A DNA stretch of 64,000 nt from Candidatus Woesearchaeota archaeon CG10_big_fil_rev_8_21_14_0_10_37_12 (GCA_002762795.1 PCYA01000014.1:73205-137204); one strand, 5' to 3'. Shown: positions 47,765 to 57,375, counted from the stretch's first letter. The notes: generated by a model from the sequence alone, not told the origin. Program-made: numbers and translations.

Positions 47765-49500
47765 ATCTTTAAGAATTCTCCATTTTTCAATACTTCAGTC
47801 AATGTTCCTCTAGCAACTATATTGCCTTTTTTAAACAAATAAATTTTATCAAAGTGAGTAAGCAAATGCAATCTATGTATTGAGGAAATTATGGTTTTAT
47901 TTTTGAATTCTGAAAATATTCCTTTGTATATTTGTAGTTCATTTTTTGGATCGACACTGCTTGTTGGTTCATCCAATAATAAGATTGGTTTGTTTTCAGA
48001 AGCAAGCAGGCCTCTTGTGAGGGCCAGTCTTTGTTTCTCGCCACCGCTTAAATTGACTCCTTTTTCTACTATTGATGAGTCTAATCCTCTTGGAAGTTTT
48101 TTAATAATTTTTGTAAAGCAAGCAATGTTTCCATATTTTTTTATTTGACTGTCAGAATATCTGCCGCCCATTGTTATGTTTTCTCGTATTGTTGTTGTGA
48201 AAAGTTCAGGATCTTGTGGCAAAAGTAATATGTTGGATCCTATCGCGTTAAATCCTTGCTGGATATGTTTATTATCTACAAGCAAGTTAACTTGTTTAGG
48301 TTTGTATAGTCCTCGAAGTAATTTAAGAAATGTTGTTTTTCCGCTACCACTCTCTCCAACAAGTGCTATTCTTTCGTTTCTTTTTATGGACAGCGATATT
48401 GAATTAAGATGTAATTCCCCTTCATCACCCGCATAATTAAAACTCAGGTTGTTGATGGATATTTTTTGCCAATTATTGTTAAGATTGATCTGTTTTATTG
48501 TTTGTTCATTTTTAAACTCATTGCTTATTTCTTCTGCATTCTCAACTGCAGTTTTCCATCTAACTATATCTCCATACCTGTAAGCAAATCTGAAAAATAT
48601 ATCCTTTATGCGCTCAACATATCCATACAGTGCGTAAAGTGATCCAATTAAAATGGGCAATCCTGCATGATAGTTTTTGAAGATGTAAGTTCCAAGAACT
48701 AAAAACATCATGATTCCTCCAAATAAAGATACCAAAAACCATTTCACTTCGTTAAGTTTAGCGTTTTCTTTGAATATTGAGAATGGTGCAAGCATTCTTT
48801 GAAGAATTTGTTTTGATGCAAGTTTTTCTAAACGTAAAATTACTACTGTTGTTATGTTGCTTATAGTATCGTAGACTTTTTCAGTTATTCTATTGTCTGC
48901 TAGATTTAACTCTCTATATTGTTTTCTTAATTTATTATCATATGTAAAAATAACATGCAAGGTTATCAGAATAACAAATGCAACAATGTATGCTGAATGA
49001 ATATTAAAATATACCAAAGCAAAGTAAGATCCTACTAGTTTCATTATTGTATCTATTACTTCAAAAGTAGTTCCTGAATACTGTTCAAGTGCAACTGTGC
49101 CTTTTTCTATTTTGTCAATAGTATTTCCTGAGTGATGGTTTGTATGCCAGTCCATTGGCAAATTCATTGTGCCATCAATCAAACTTTTCTTGTAATTGAC
49201 TTCAACCATGAATGCGTTTTTTCGTTCAATAACTCTTGCAGGCCCGTGAAAAATCCAAAACCCGAGAACAAGTAAGATAAATAAAAAGAGCAGTCCCAGA
49301 ATTGTTGGAATGTTGCCTGAATGAATTCCCTGTTCTTGAATTATATTCAATAATTTTGCAACAATGAGTGGCTCAAAGAATGCTACAATGCCTGAGCAAA
49401 AAAATAGGAAAGTACACAAAATCAATGAAGAACGATTTCCTTTTGAATAAGTCCACATTAATCTTGTTAAATAAATAATAGGATCGTCTTTAAAGCTCAT
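47722..49500 (-). CDS. ABC exporter, fused transmembrane domain and ATPase (MsbA-like half-transporter)
   Basis: 592 aa with six N-terminal helices. Walker A is GESGSGKTT, the signature is LSGGEKQRLALTRGL, and Walker B is ILLLDEPTSSVD. Confidence 0.8.
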   Translation of the reverse strand: MSFKDDPIIYLTRLMWTYSKGNRSSLILCTFLFFCSGIVAFFEPLIVAKLLNIIQEQGIHSGNIPTILGLLFLFILLVLGFWIFHGPARVIERKNAFMVEVNYKKSLIDGTMNLPMDWHTNHHSGNTIDKIEKGTVALEQYSGTTFEVIDTIMKLVGSYFALVYFNIHSAYIVAFVILITLHVIFTYDNKLRKQYRELNLADNRITEKVYDTISNITTVVILRLEKLASKQILQRMLAPFSIFKENAKLNEVKWFLVSLFGGIMMFLVLGTYIFKNYHAGLPILIGSLYALYGYVERIKDIFFRFAYRYGDIVRWKTAVENAEEISNEFKNEQTIKQINLNNNWQKISINNLSFNYAGDEGELHLNSISLSIKRNERIALVGESGSGKTTFLKLLRGLYKPKQVNLLVDNKHIQQGFNAIGSNILLLPQDPELFTTTIRENITMGGRYSDSQIKKYGNIACFTKIIKKLPRGLDSSIVEKGVNLSGGEKQRLALTRGLLASENKPILLLDEPTSSVDPKNELQIYKGIFSEFKNKTIISSIHRLHLLTHFDKIYLFKKGNIVARGTLTEVLKNGEFLKIWKKYTQKREMQEK

Positions 49501-49614
49501 CAGTAAAGAAAAAGAGCAGCCCTTTTTATGGAATCGTTGTCACCAAAGAATGATAATAATCAAAAAGTTTTTATAGATGGTGTTCTCTCAAAAAGCAAAT
49601 TGGAGGTAAAACCA

Positions 49615-49695
49615 ATGAAAGAACAAATAAGAAGTAAACAAAAAATATCCTTTTCTGCTAGTGTAACTACTAATTCTAATAACAATAATAATTAA
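49615..49695 (+). CDS. Candidate leader peptide (26 aa) ending in six Asn codons within eight, upstream of aspS
   Basis: A GGAGGT sits 7 nt upstream of ATG. The sequence is MKEQIRSKQKISFSASVTTNSNNNNN*. It is followed at 49726-49753 by hairpin GCGCTT-GATC-AAGTGC plus TAATCTTTTCTG. Confidence 0.35.
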   Translation: MKEQIRSKQKISFSASVTTNSNNNNN

Positions 49696-49725
49696 TTGTG
49701 CAATTCATCTAAACGAAATGTTTTG

Positions 49726-49753
49726 GCGCTTGATCAAGTGCTAATCTTTTCTG
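49726..49753 (+). terminator. Intrinsic-terminator-like hairpin with a U-rich tail (candidate attenuator) in the aspS leader
   Basis: GCGCUU/AAGUGC is a 6-bp stem (one G-U pair) with loop GAUC, then UAAUCUUUUCUG. It lies 65 nt upstream of the AspRS start. Confidence 0.35.
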
Positions 49754-49818
49754 AAAAGTGAGTTGTAAATCATTCAAAACAAGTTAAGAAAGAATAGCGA
49801 TAGCCATGGAGGATTAAA

Positions 49819-51081
49819 ATGAAACGAACACTCATAAAAGAATTAAAAAAACACTTTGGAAAGGAGGTTTTGGTTAAAGGCTGGGTTAGCAGAATTAGAG
49901 AAATTGGAGGTATTGGTTTTGTACTGTTAAGAGAACGGTCCGGAGTTGTGCAATTAGTAGTGCCAAAAGAATTGTACAAAGAGTTATCAGCAGAAACACC
50001 GATTGAAATAAAAGGCATGGTTTGTGCTGAACAGCGTGCTCCTGAAGGTTTAGAAGTACATGTAAAACAACTGAAAATCTACAGCAAAGTGCAGCCTTTG
50101 CCGATTCAGTTAGAGAAGGAATTGCCTCTGCCTACATTAATGAAGCATCGTCCGATTTCTTTGAGGGCAAAAAAACAACAAGCGATTTTTAAAGTTCATG
50201 CAGAACTAGTGCATGCTTTTAGAGAATTTATGAGATCAAAAGAATTTACAGAGATTCATAGCACAAAACTTACAAGCAGCGGTTTGGAAGGCGGCAGTGA
50301 AATTTTCGAGTTGCAATATTTTGAAAAGAAAGGATATCTTGCTCAGAGCCCTCAATTCTATAAGCAGATGATGGTTGGAGTGTTTGAGCGAGTATTTGAA
50401 GTTGGCAAAGTATACCGTGCAGAACCACACGCTACAACAAGACATCTTGCAGAATATGTTGGTTTGGATTTTGAAATGGGTTTTATTGAGTCTGTTGAAG
50501 AAGTAATGGAAATGGAAGAAGCTCTGCTAAAATATGTGTTCAAGCAGTTAGAGGAACATTGTAAATCTGAATTAAAATTGTTTGGTGCAGAGGTTCCTCG
50601 GATAAAATCAATACCAAGAATTCCTTTTTTGAAAGCAGTAGAGTTGCTTGAGCAAGGTTACAAAAAAGAATTCGGTAAAGAAGATTTAACTCCTGAAATG
50701 GAGCGTTTGCTTTGTGAATTTGTAAAACAAAAATATGGCGAGGAGTTTGTTTTTGTTACAGAGTATCCTTGGAAAAAGCGTCCGTTTTATGCAATGCCAA
50801 AAGGAGAATTGTCTGAAAGCTTTGATTTGCTTTTCAGAGGCTTAGAGATCACGACTGGAGGACAAAGAGTGCACGAATACGAACAACTGCTTGAATGTAT
50901 GAAGCAGAAAAAAGTCAAGCCTGAAGCGTTTGAGAGTTATTTGATGTGCTTTAAATACGGCATGCCTCCTCATGGAGGTCTTGGAATAGGGTCTGAGCGT
51001 ATTGTGAAGCAATTGCTTGGCTTGCCGTCTGTAGAAGAAGCCAGTCTCATACCACGAACGAAAGAACGGTTCCTGCACTGA
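49819..51081 (+). CDS. aspS: Aspartyl-tRNA synthetase, archaeal/eukaryal type (class IIb, probably non-discriminating)
   Basis: 420 aa. There is an N-terminal OB-fold anticodon-binding region (VLVKGWVSRIREIGGIGFVLLRERSG). Class II motif 2 is FRAEPHATTRHLAEYVGLDFEM and motif 3 is GMPPHGGLGIGSERIV. The length is typical of archaeal AspRS. GGAGG sits 6 nt upstream of ATG. Confidence 0.85.
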   Translation: MKRTLIKELKKHFGKEVLVKGWVSRIREIGGIGFVLLRERSGVVQLVVPKELYKELSAETPIEIKGMVCAEQRAPEGLEVHVKQLKIYSKVQPLPIQLEKELPLPTLMKHRPISLRAKKQQAIFKVHAELVHAFREFMRSKEFTEIHSTKLTSSGLEGGSEIFELQYFEKKGYLAQSPQFYKQMMVGVFERVFEVGKVYRAEPHATTRHLAEYVGLDFEMGFIESVEEVMEMEEALLKYVFKQLEEHCKSELKLFGAEVPRIKSIPRIPFLKAVELLEQGYKKEFGKEDLTPEMERLLCEFVKQKYGEEFVFVTEYPWKKRPFYAMPKGELSESFDLLFRGLEITTGGQRVHEYEQLLECMKQKKVKPEAFESYLMCFKYGMPPHGGLGIGSERIVKQLLGLPSVEEASLIPRTKERFLH

Positions 51082-51181
51082 GTTTTTATATTTTTTATTA
51101 AATCTGATATTTAATAATCTGAATCAATAGTTCATAATTGATTAATAAATGGTCTTCTTCTAGGAGTGTGAGGTGAAAGTT

Positions 51182-51271
51182 ATGAAAAAGAAAATGTATG
51201 ACAGGCGTTTTGTTGGTGATTTGTATGACTTCGGGCAACCAAGTTGGGAGCAAACAGAAGAAGCTGCATAA
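51182..51271 (+). CDS. Candidate small ORF (29 aa)
   Basis: GAGGTGA sits 5 nt upstream of ATG. The sequence is MKKKMYDRRFVGDLYDFGQPSWEQTEEAA*. It is followed by a GC-richer structured region at 51290-51440. Confidence 0.25.
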   Translation: MKKKMYDRRFVGDLYDFGQPSWEQTEEAA

Positions 51272-51443
51272 TTTTTTGTTTTTTGTCAAGAGCCACTGGT
51301 GATCGCACTGCGGTACTCAACACCAGTGGCATGACGGTTCAGAAAGTCATAAGATAATATAGTCCAGTGGTTCTTGATCATGCTCGGAATGCCACTCGCT
51401 CCAGTAAACCACTCGTGATATACACGAATGGCATTCCGACATG

Positions 51444-52535
51444 TTAATTAATTGTTACAAACTTTCCATTGCGTGCTGTTTTTATGCTGACTTCTTCTCG
51501 TTGTCCGATGCCACGATTATCAACTGAAAGGTATCCGTTTGCTCCTTCATACCCCTCTATATTGTAAAGTTTTTGCTTGATGCATTCGCTATGATTTCCA
51601 CAAGTATCAAGTGCTTTTGCTAAAAGCATATAACTATCGTACGCGTTTGCTGCGTACAGTCCTGGTTCTTCTCCGTATTCAGCAAGGTATGCTTGTTTGA
51701 ATGCGATTTTGCGTGGCAAGTCTTTTGGGTCTTCAGGATACGTGTACACAACACGTTCTGCAAGTTTGCCAAGCTGATCAATGACGTTCTGATCCTGATA
51801 TAAGTTCCAAGTTAAAATGGGCAAATTTATGCCGAGTTCTTCTGCTTGTTTTACGAGAAGAATGCTGTCTGGAACGTACCCTAAAATATATATTGCCTCA
51901 GGGTCTTTGTTTGCGATTTTCATAAGATATGTTCGGAAGTCTGTTTCTTGAGTATCAAGACTATTTACATAGTATTCTTCAGCGGTAAACATAATATTGT
52001 TTGTGTCAAGTGCTTGTTTAAGTTCAGCAATGCTTTCTCGTCCAAGATCATCATCTATTGCAATTGCTGCAATTGAAGAATAATTTTTTTCTACTGCATA
52101 GTTTGTAATTGCAGTCATTTGTTTGTTCATTTCTGGAAGAAAACTGAAATGGTAATCGCCTGCCTCTGCGGTTGCTTGTAGCACCATGCCCAAGGTGATG
52201 CGCGGTGTTTGTGTTTCTTCAATGTAAGGTGCTGATGCAAGCAAGGAGACTGTACAAATAGGTCCAAGAATTGCATCAACGTCGTCCACAGTAAGTAGTT
52301 TTTGTGTTGCTAACACTCCTGTTTTTGGATCGCATTTGTCATCTTCTACAATAAGTTTGTATTGGTTGCCTGTTTCTTTTGCTGCAAGTTGTATACCGTT
52401 AAGTAATTCCTCGCCAAGATGTGCTGCTTTGCCTGTTTGCGGAATTAATATTCCTATTGTTGATTCTTGCACTGTTTGCGTGCACGATAGCAATAGGACT
52501 AATAAAATGACATAGTGTTTCATGTAACCACCCAA
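51444..52535 (-). CDS. LivK-like substrate-binding lipoprotein, orphan (module 5)
   Basis: Lipobox LLSC. TIGILIPQTGKAAHLG...AAKETGNQYKLIVEDDKCD. Confidence 0.75.
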   Translation of the reverse strand: MGGYMKHYVILLVLLLSCTQTVQESTIGILIPQTGKAAHLGEELLNGIQLAAKETGNQYKLIVEDDKCDPKTGVLATQKLLTVDDVDAILGPICTVSLLASAPYIEETQTPRITLGMVLQATAEAGDYHFSFLPEMNKQMTAITNYAVEKNYSSIAAIAIDDDLGRESIAELKQALDTNNIMFTAEEYYVNSLDTQETDFRTYLMKIANKDPEAIYILGYVPDSILLVKQAEELGINLPILTWNLYQDQNVIDQLGKLAERVVYTYPEDPKDLPRKIAFKQAYLAEYGEEPGLYAANAYDSYMLLAKALDTCGNHSECIKQKLYNIEGYEGANGYLSVDNRGIGQREEVSIKTARNGKFVTIN

Positions 52536-52630
52536 TTATAGAAAAAGCTAATTAAGTATTTTAAAATTTGTTACCCCTGTTGGAGGTATTAATGGCAAAA
52601 TTTTTAAAGACAGTTATATTCCGCAAATAG

Positions 52631-53362
52631 ATGGATTTGGAGTTGTTCAAAGAATTAGGGTTCACAGAACGCGAAGCAAAAGTGTATCTTGCATTGATAG
52701 AGCTTGGTTCAAGCACTGCTGGCCCAATAGCGGCGCGGTCTGGCTTGCAGCATGCAAAAGTTTATGAAACATTGCAGCGATTAATAGAAAAAGGATTGGT
52801 ACATTATATTGTTATTTCTAAAACAAAACACTTCAAGGCTGCGCCTCCTAAAGACATATTGGGACTATTAGATGATCGAAAAAGACGTTTTAAAGAAATT
52901 TTAAGCGAGTTGGAATTAAAGGAAAAATATGCAAAAGATCAGCAGATTGCAGTTGTACACGAGGGGTTTAAAGCATTTAAGGCATTGTTTGATCGCTTAG
53001 CAGATGAATTAAAAAAAGGCGATTGGTATTATGTGTTTCCGTTTAAAGAGGGGTATAAAACAAAAGCGATCCCTGCATTTTTTAGAACATTTCATAAAAA
53101 ATTAGAAGAAAAAAAAGTAGTTGATAAAGTGTTGAGCAATCGTGAAGTTAAAAAAGAGGTGTTAAGTACTTACAAAGATAACAAAAATATCAAGATCAAA
53201 TTTACTGATTTTAATGTTCCTATCGGAATTGTTATTATAAAGGGAAAAGTTATTCAGGTGACATGGGAGGATAAACCTACTGCGATTGAGATCGTATCAG
53301 CTCAAATTTATAAGCAATACAAAATATTTTTTGAGGATATGTGGGAAAAAGCAAGTAAATAA
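52631..53362 (+). CDS. TrmB-family transcriptional regulator
   Basis: 243 aa with N-terminal FTEREAKVYLALIELGSSTAGPIAARSGLQHAKVYETLQRLIEKGLV. Confidence 0.75.
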   Translation: MDLELFKELGFTEREAKVYLALIELGSSTAGPIAARSGLQHAKVYETLQRLIEKGLVHYIVISKTKHFKAAPPKDILGLLDDRKRRFKEILSELELKEKYAKDQQIAVVHEGFKAFKALFDRLADELKKGDWYYVFPFKEGYKTKAIPAFFRTFHKKLEEKKVVDKVLSNREVKKEVLSTYKDNKNIKIKFTDFNVPIGIVIIKGKVIQVTWEDKPTAIEIVSAQIYKQYKIFFEDMWEKASK

Positions 53363-53401
53363 GGCATAAAGCTATTAAACAAAAATAAAATTAAGAATAA
53401 C

Positions 53402-53977
53402 ATGACAATAATATCAATTGTTGGAACTGCAGGTGTTGGAAAGTCCTTTTTAGTTAAGCAACTTTCTGCAATGCGATGTCTTCCAGCGTTTTTTGAAGGT
53501 GAAGAGGGCACTATTCCAAAAGAAATCCTGGAAAGTATTTTTTCTGGTGAACATCCAATAAAACGTTGGACGTGGTTTATTAACAGATATAAAATTTTTC
53601 TAGAGCAGGCAAAAAAAATTTCTGCTGTAGGTGTTGATTGTTTATGTGACGGAAGTCCATTGAATGCGTACGCAGTTTTAGCCTACGAAGATGAAGCGTA
53701 CAGAGCTGAGTTGTTAATGTTGGCAAATTCTATTGATTATTTAGAGCCTGACAAAACAATTTTGTTAATTGCAAGTGAAGAGAAAATTCGCGAGTTTACA
53801 AAGCAGAGAGGAAGAAAAGTTGAGAAAGATGACAAAGCAATTGAGCGTGCAATGAAGATTCAGGATGAATACACTCGTTTGGCAAAAGAAAGAGGCTTGC
53901 TTATTGTTAATAGAACTGATCTTGATTTTACCAAAGAAAAAGATTTGAAGTTTGTTTGGGATGAAATCAGGTTATAA
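53402..53977 (+). CDS. P-loop NTPase, deoxynucleoside-kinase-like
   Basis: 191 aa. Walker A is IVGTAGVGKSF. The overall size and a DGSPLNAYAVLA block resemble the dNK family ERS motif. The assignment is tentative. Confidence 0.45.
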   Translation: MTIISIVGTAGVGKSFLVKQLSAMRCLPAFFEGEEGTIPKEILESIFSGEHPIKRWTWFINRYKIFLEQAKKISAVGVDCLCDGSPLNAYAVLAYEDEAYRAELLMLANSIDYLEPDKTILLIASEEKIREFTKQRGRKVEKDDKAIERAMKIQDEYTRLAKERGLLIVNRTDLDFTKEKDLKFVWDEIRL

Positions 53978-54054
53978 TAACCTCTTTACTGCATACTGTT
54001 TACTGTGTACTAAAAACCAATACTTTAAAAAGCTAAATCTCTTATTAAACCAAT

Positions 54055-55296
54055 ATGAAAAAAAATGGCGATTCTTTGCATAAGCTCTGTTTTTCTTCGA
54101 GAAGAGTGGAGTTGTTTAAGGAACTTCCAATCAATACGCAAGGCAATACTTTATTAAATCTTTCCAGACAGTGCAAATATCATATTCTTGAGAGATTAAC
54201 AAACACTGAAATTATTAATTTGTTGCATTATCTTGATAGCAGTGATATTACTGATCTTTTACAGTGCATTGAAGAAAGACGGAAGAAAAAGCTTGTTTCT
54301 CTTTTGGAAAAAGATGTGCGGAAAAAGGTTGAGTTTTTGCTGAGGTTCAGCCCCAATACTGCGGCTGGAATGATGAGCCTTGATTATGTGATTGTTTCAA
54401 AAGAATCAACATTTGATGGAGTAATTAAAAAAGCGCAAAAACATGAGAAAGATACTGGAAGATTTCCTGTTATTTTGGTTGTCGAACAGGGCTTTTTAGT
54501 TGGTGAACTTCCTGCATATTCTTTTGCAGCTCACAAAAAAGAAGATAAAATTGAGAAGCAAGTTAAAAAGATTCCGTCTGTACGTTTTGATGCTGATGAG
54601 AGCGAAATTATTAGTATTATCAGAAGAAATCCTACAAATAAAGTTGTTGTTCTTGACGACGATAATAGTGTTCTAGGGTTTATTTATGCATCAGATGTGC
54701 TGAAGTTAGTGCATAAGACAAGCGGCCATTCTTTGTACGCTTTTGCCGGTGTTGGTCATGAAGAGGATGTTTTTGATTCTCCTTTGATTAAAGTGCAGAA
54801 CAGATACAAGTGGTTAATTCTTAATTTGTTTACTGCTTTTTTAGCCGCAAGCGTCGTTGGGCTTTTTCAGGACACTATTTCGCGTGTTGTTTTGCTTGCG
54901 GCATACATGCCTGTTGTTGCGGGTATGGGTGGTAATGCTGGAACTCAGGCGCTTGCAGTTGTTGTGCGTGGTTTAGCATTAAAACGCGTTGAGTTGCGAA
55001 CAGGAACAAGAGTTATTTTGAATGAACTTTTAGCAGGAGCTGTAAATGGTATTATTACTGGCGGTTTGGTTGTATTAGTAGCACTCATATTACAGCAGAA
55101 TCCTTTGCTGGGTCTTATTGTTTGTCTAGCAATGATTTTTAATTTGATTATTGCTGGTGTTGCAGGTTCATTGGTTCCGTTAGTTATGACGCGTTTGGGT
55201 AAAGATCCTGCCACTTCTGCGTCGATTTTTATTACTACCTGCACTGATGTGTTTGGTTTTTTTACATTTTTAGGTTTGGCATCAATATGGTTATAA
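54055..55296 (+). CDS. mgtE: Magnesium transporter MgtE
   Basis: 413 aa with an N-terminal MgtE-N-like region, a CBS pair, and a C-terminal five-helix membrane domain carrying the hallmark GGNAGTQALAVVVRG. Confidence 0.8.
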   Translation: MKKNGDSLHKLCFSSRRVELFKELPINTQGNTLLNLSRQCKYHILERLTNTEIINLLHYLDSSDITDLLQCIEERRKKKLVSLLEKDVRKKVEFLLRFSPNTAAGMMSLDYVIVSKESTFDGVIKKAQKHEKDTGRFPVILVVEQGFLVGELPAYSFAAHKKEDKIEKQVKKIPSVRFDADESEIISIIRRNPTNKVVVLDDDNSVLGFIYASDVLKLVHKTSGHSLYAFAGVGHEEDVFDSPLIKVQNRYKWLILNLFTAFLAASVVGLFQDTISRVVLLAAYMPVVAGMGGNAGTQALAVVVRGLALKRVELRTGTRVILNELLAGAVNGIITGGLVVLVALILQQNPLLGLIVCLAMIFNLIIAGVAGSLVPLVMTRLGKDPATSASIFITTCTDVFGFFTFLGLASIWL

Positions 55297-55311
55297 GAAG
55301 TATAGGTAAAA

Positions 55312-57264
55312 ATGGAGTTTGAAGGATTTATATTAGACAAGTTTCAAGAGGACGCAATTAGGGCTATTGAGATAAATCACTCTATGGTTGTTTCTGCTCC
55401 TACTGGTTCTGGAAAGACCTTGATTGCTGATTATATTATTGACAAAGAATTGAAAGGAAAGAAACGTGTTATTTATACAGCACCTATCAAAGCATTATCT
55501 AACCAAAAATTTCGTGATTTTACAAAACAATATGGAGAGGATAAGATTGGTCTTGTTACTGGCGATTTGGTAATTAATTCATCGGCACAAATTCTGATTA
55601 TGACAACTGAAGTTTATAGAAATATGGCAGTTATCAAAGATCCTATGTTGGATAATGTTGCGTATTGTATTATGGATGAGGTTCATTTTATTAGTGACGA
55701 AGAAAGAGGTTATGTTTGGGAGGAATCTATTATTTTTAGTCCTGAAACAGTTCGCTTTTTGTTTTTGTCTGCAACCATTCCTAATGGGCACGAGTTTGCT
55801 GATTGGGTGAAAACCATCAAAAAACATCAGGTAGAAGTTGTTGTGCACACCGTGCGCCCTGTTCCATTGGAAATTAAGTTTTTTGATACTGATCTCGGCA
55901 TTACAACATTGCAGGAAATTAAAAAAAGAAAAGAGCTTGATGATATTCCTGATTACAAAGGTGCTTTTTCAAGACGTTCTAGGTACAAAAAAGCTTATGT
56001 GAAACCTCCTGAGTTTACTGACTTGATTAAAGAGCTTAAGGCAAAAGGTAAACTGCCGTGTATTTATTTTGTTTTTTCTCGTGTGAAAACTCAGGATTAT
56101 GCTGTTAAGCTTGCAAAGATTAGTTCGTATGTTGATCAGAAAGATAAGTTTGAGCTAGCGCAATTTATAACGAATGAATTTCAGAAGATCAATGAGGATA
56201 TTTCGCGTTTGAAATCAACAAAAGAAGTACGTTCCTGCTTGTCAAAAGGCATTGCTTTTCATCATGCTGGTCTGCTTCCTGATGTAAAACATATTATTGA
56301 AAAATTGTTTGGCAAAGGCCTTATCAAAGTGTTGTTTGCAACTGAAACTTTTGCTGTTGGCATTAACATGCCTGCTAAGACTGTTTGTTTTGATGGTTTA
56401 CGGAAGTTTACAGGCACTGGTTTTAGAAGCTTGAATTCTAAGGAGTTTTTTCAGATTGCTGGTCGTGCTGGACGGCGTGGTATGGATAAAACTGGTCTTG
56501 CTGTTGCTGTTGTTCATCGACCAAGTCTAGAATTAAAGCAAGTCTCAAATTTAGTGAAAGGCGATACGCTTCCATTGATGTCTCAGTTTAAGCTCTCGTA
56601 TAATACTGTGCTGAACATGGTTCATTTGCATAACGAGGCTGAGATTGATAAAATTTTGAAGATGAATTTTTTTACGTTTCAGCAGTCTGAGGGAAATATT
56701 GATGATGTTGATGTAGTAAGAAGTATCAAAGCGCGTTATGAAAAAGCAGTTAAGAAATTAAAAGTGATGAATTATATTAGTAAGGATTGTTTGACTGATC
56801 TTGGGATGTTTACAACAAAAATTTTTTCTAATGAACTTGAAATTTCTCAGATGTTTGCTACAAAGTTTAAAGATCGTTTGGATGAGTATGATGTTTTATT
56901 GCTTATAGGTTCTTTAGTATATGAGCCAAAGCGTGAAGCAAAGTTTTTTCAGATTTTTCCTTCAAAGAAAATTGCAACGCTTGTTAATAAGTTGAAAGAC
57001 CATCCGTATTTGAAAAACCAAGAGTGGTATAAGCATATGACTAATCTTTCTGCGTTTCTTAAGCCTTGCAGTGAAGGTAAAAAATTTGTTGATATTTTGC
57101 GAAATGCAAACATGCCTGAGGGCGATGTTATTCGTTTCCTAATGCAACTGCTTGATAGACTTGAACAAATTGACAGAGCGTCTGATGATTTTGATTTTAA
57201 GAAAAAAGTACAGAATTGCAAAGATATGATTAAGAATTGTCTGGAAGGAATTCATGTATTTTAA
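55312..57264 (+). CDS. Superfamily-2 DExH-box helicase (Ski2-like)
   Basis: 650 aa. Motif I is SAPTGSGKT, motif II is MDEVHF (DEVH), motif III is SAT, and motif VI is QIAGRAGRRG. A C-terminal helical domain follows. Confidence 0.75.
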   Translation: MEFEGFILDKFQEDAIRAIEINHSMVVSAPTGSGKTLIADYIIDKELKGKKRVIYTAPIKALSNQKFRDFTKQYGEDKIGLVTGDLVINSSAQILIMTTEVYRNMAVIKDPMLDNVAYCIMDEVHFISDEERGYVWEESIIFSPETVRFLFLSATIPNGHEFADWVKTIKKHQVEVVVHTVRPVPLEIKFFDTDLGITTLQEIKKRKELDDIPDYKGAFSRRSRYKKAYVKPPEFTDLIKELKAKGKLPCIYFVFSRVKTQDYAVKLAKISSYVDQKDKFELAQFITNEFQKINEDISRLKSTKEVRSCLSKGIAFHHAGLLPDVKHIIEKLFGKGLIKVLFATETFAVGINMPAKTVCFDGLRKFTGTGFRSLNSKEFFQIAGRAGRRGMDKTGLAVAVVHRPSLELKQVSNLVKGDTLPLMSQFKLSYNTVLNMVHLHNEAEIDKILKMNFFTFQQSEGNIDDVDVVRSIKARYEKAVKKLKVMNYISKDCLTDLGMFTTKIFSNELEISQMFATKFKDRLDEYDVLLLIGSLVYEPKREAKFFQIFPSKKIATLVNKLKDHPYLKNQEWYKHMTNLSAFLKPCSEGKKFVDILRNANMPEGDVIRFLMQLLDRLEQIDRASDDFDFKKKVQNCKDMIKNCLEGIHVF

Positions 57265-57375
57265 AAAGTGCGCAGTAAACGGTAGACAGTCAGCAGTACA
57301 GTCGTTTACTGCTTACCACATACTGTGTGCTATTTACTCATAAAAGGAAAACATATAAACCTAAACATAATTTGA

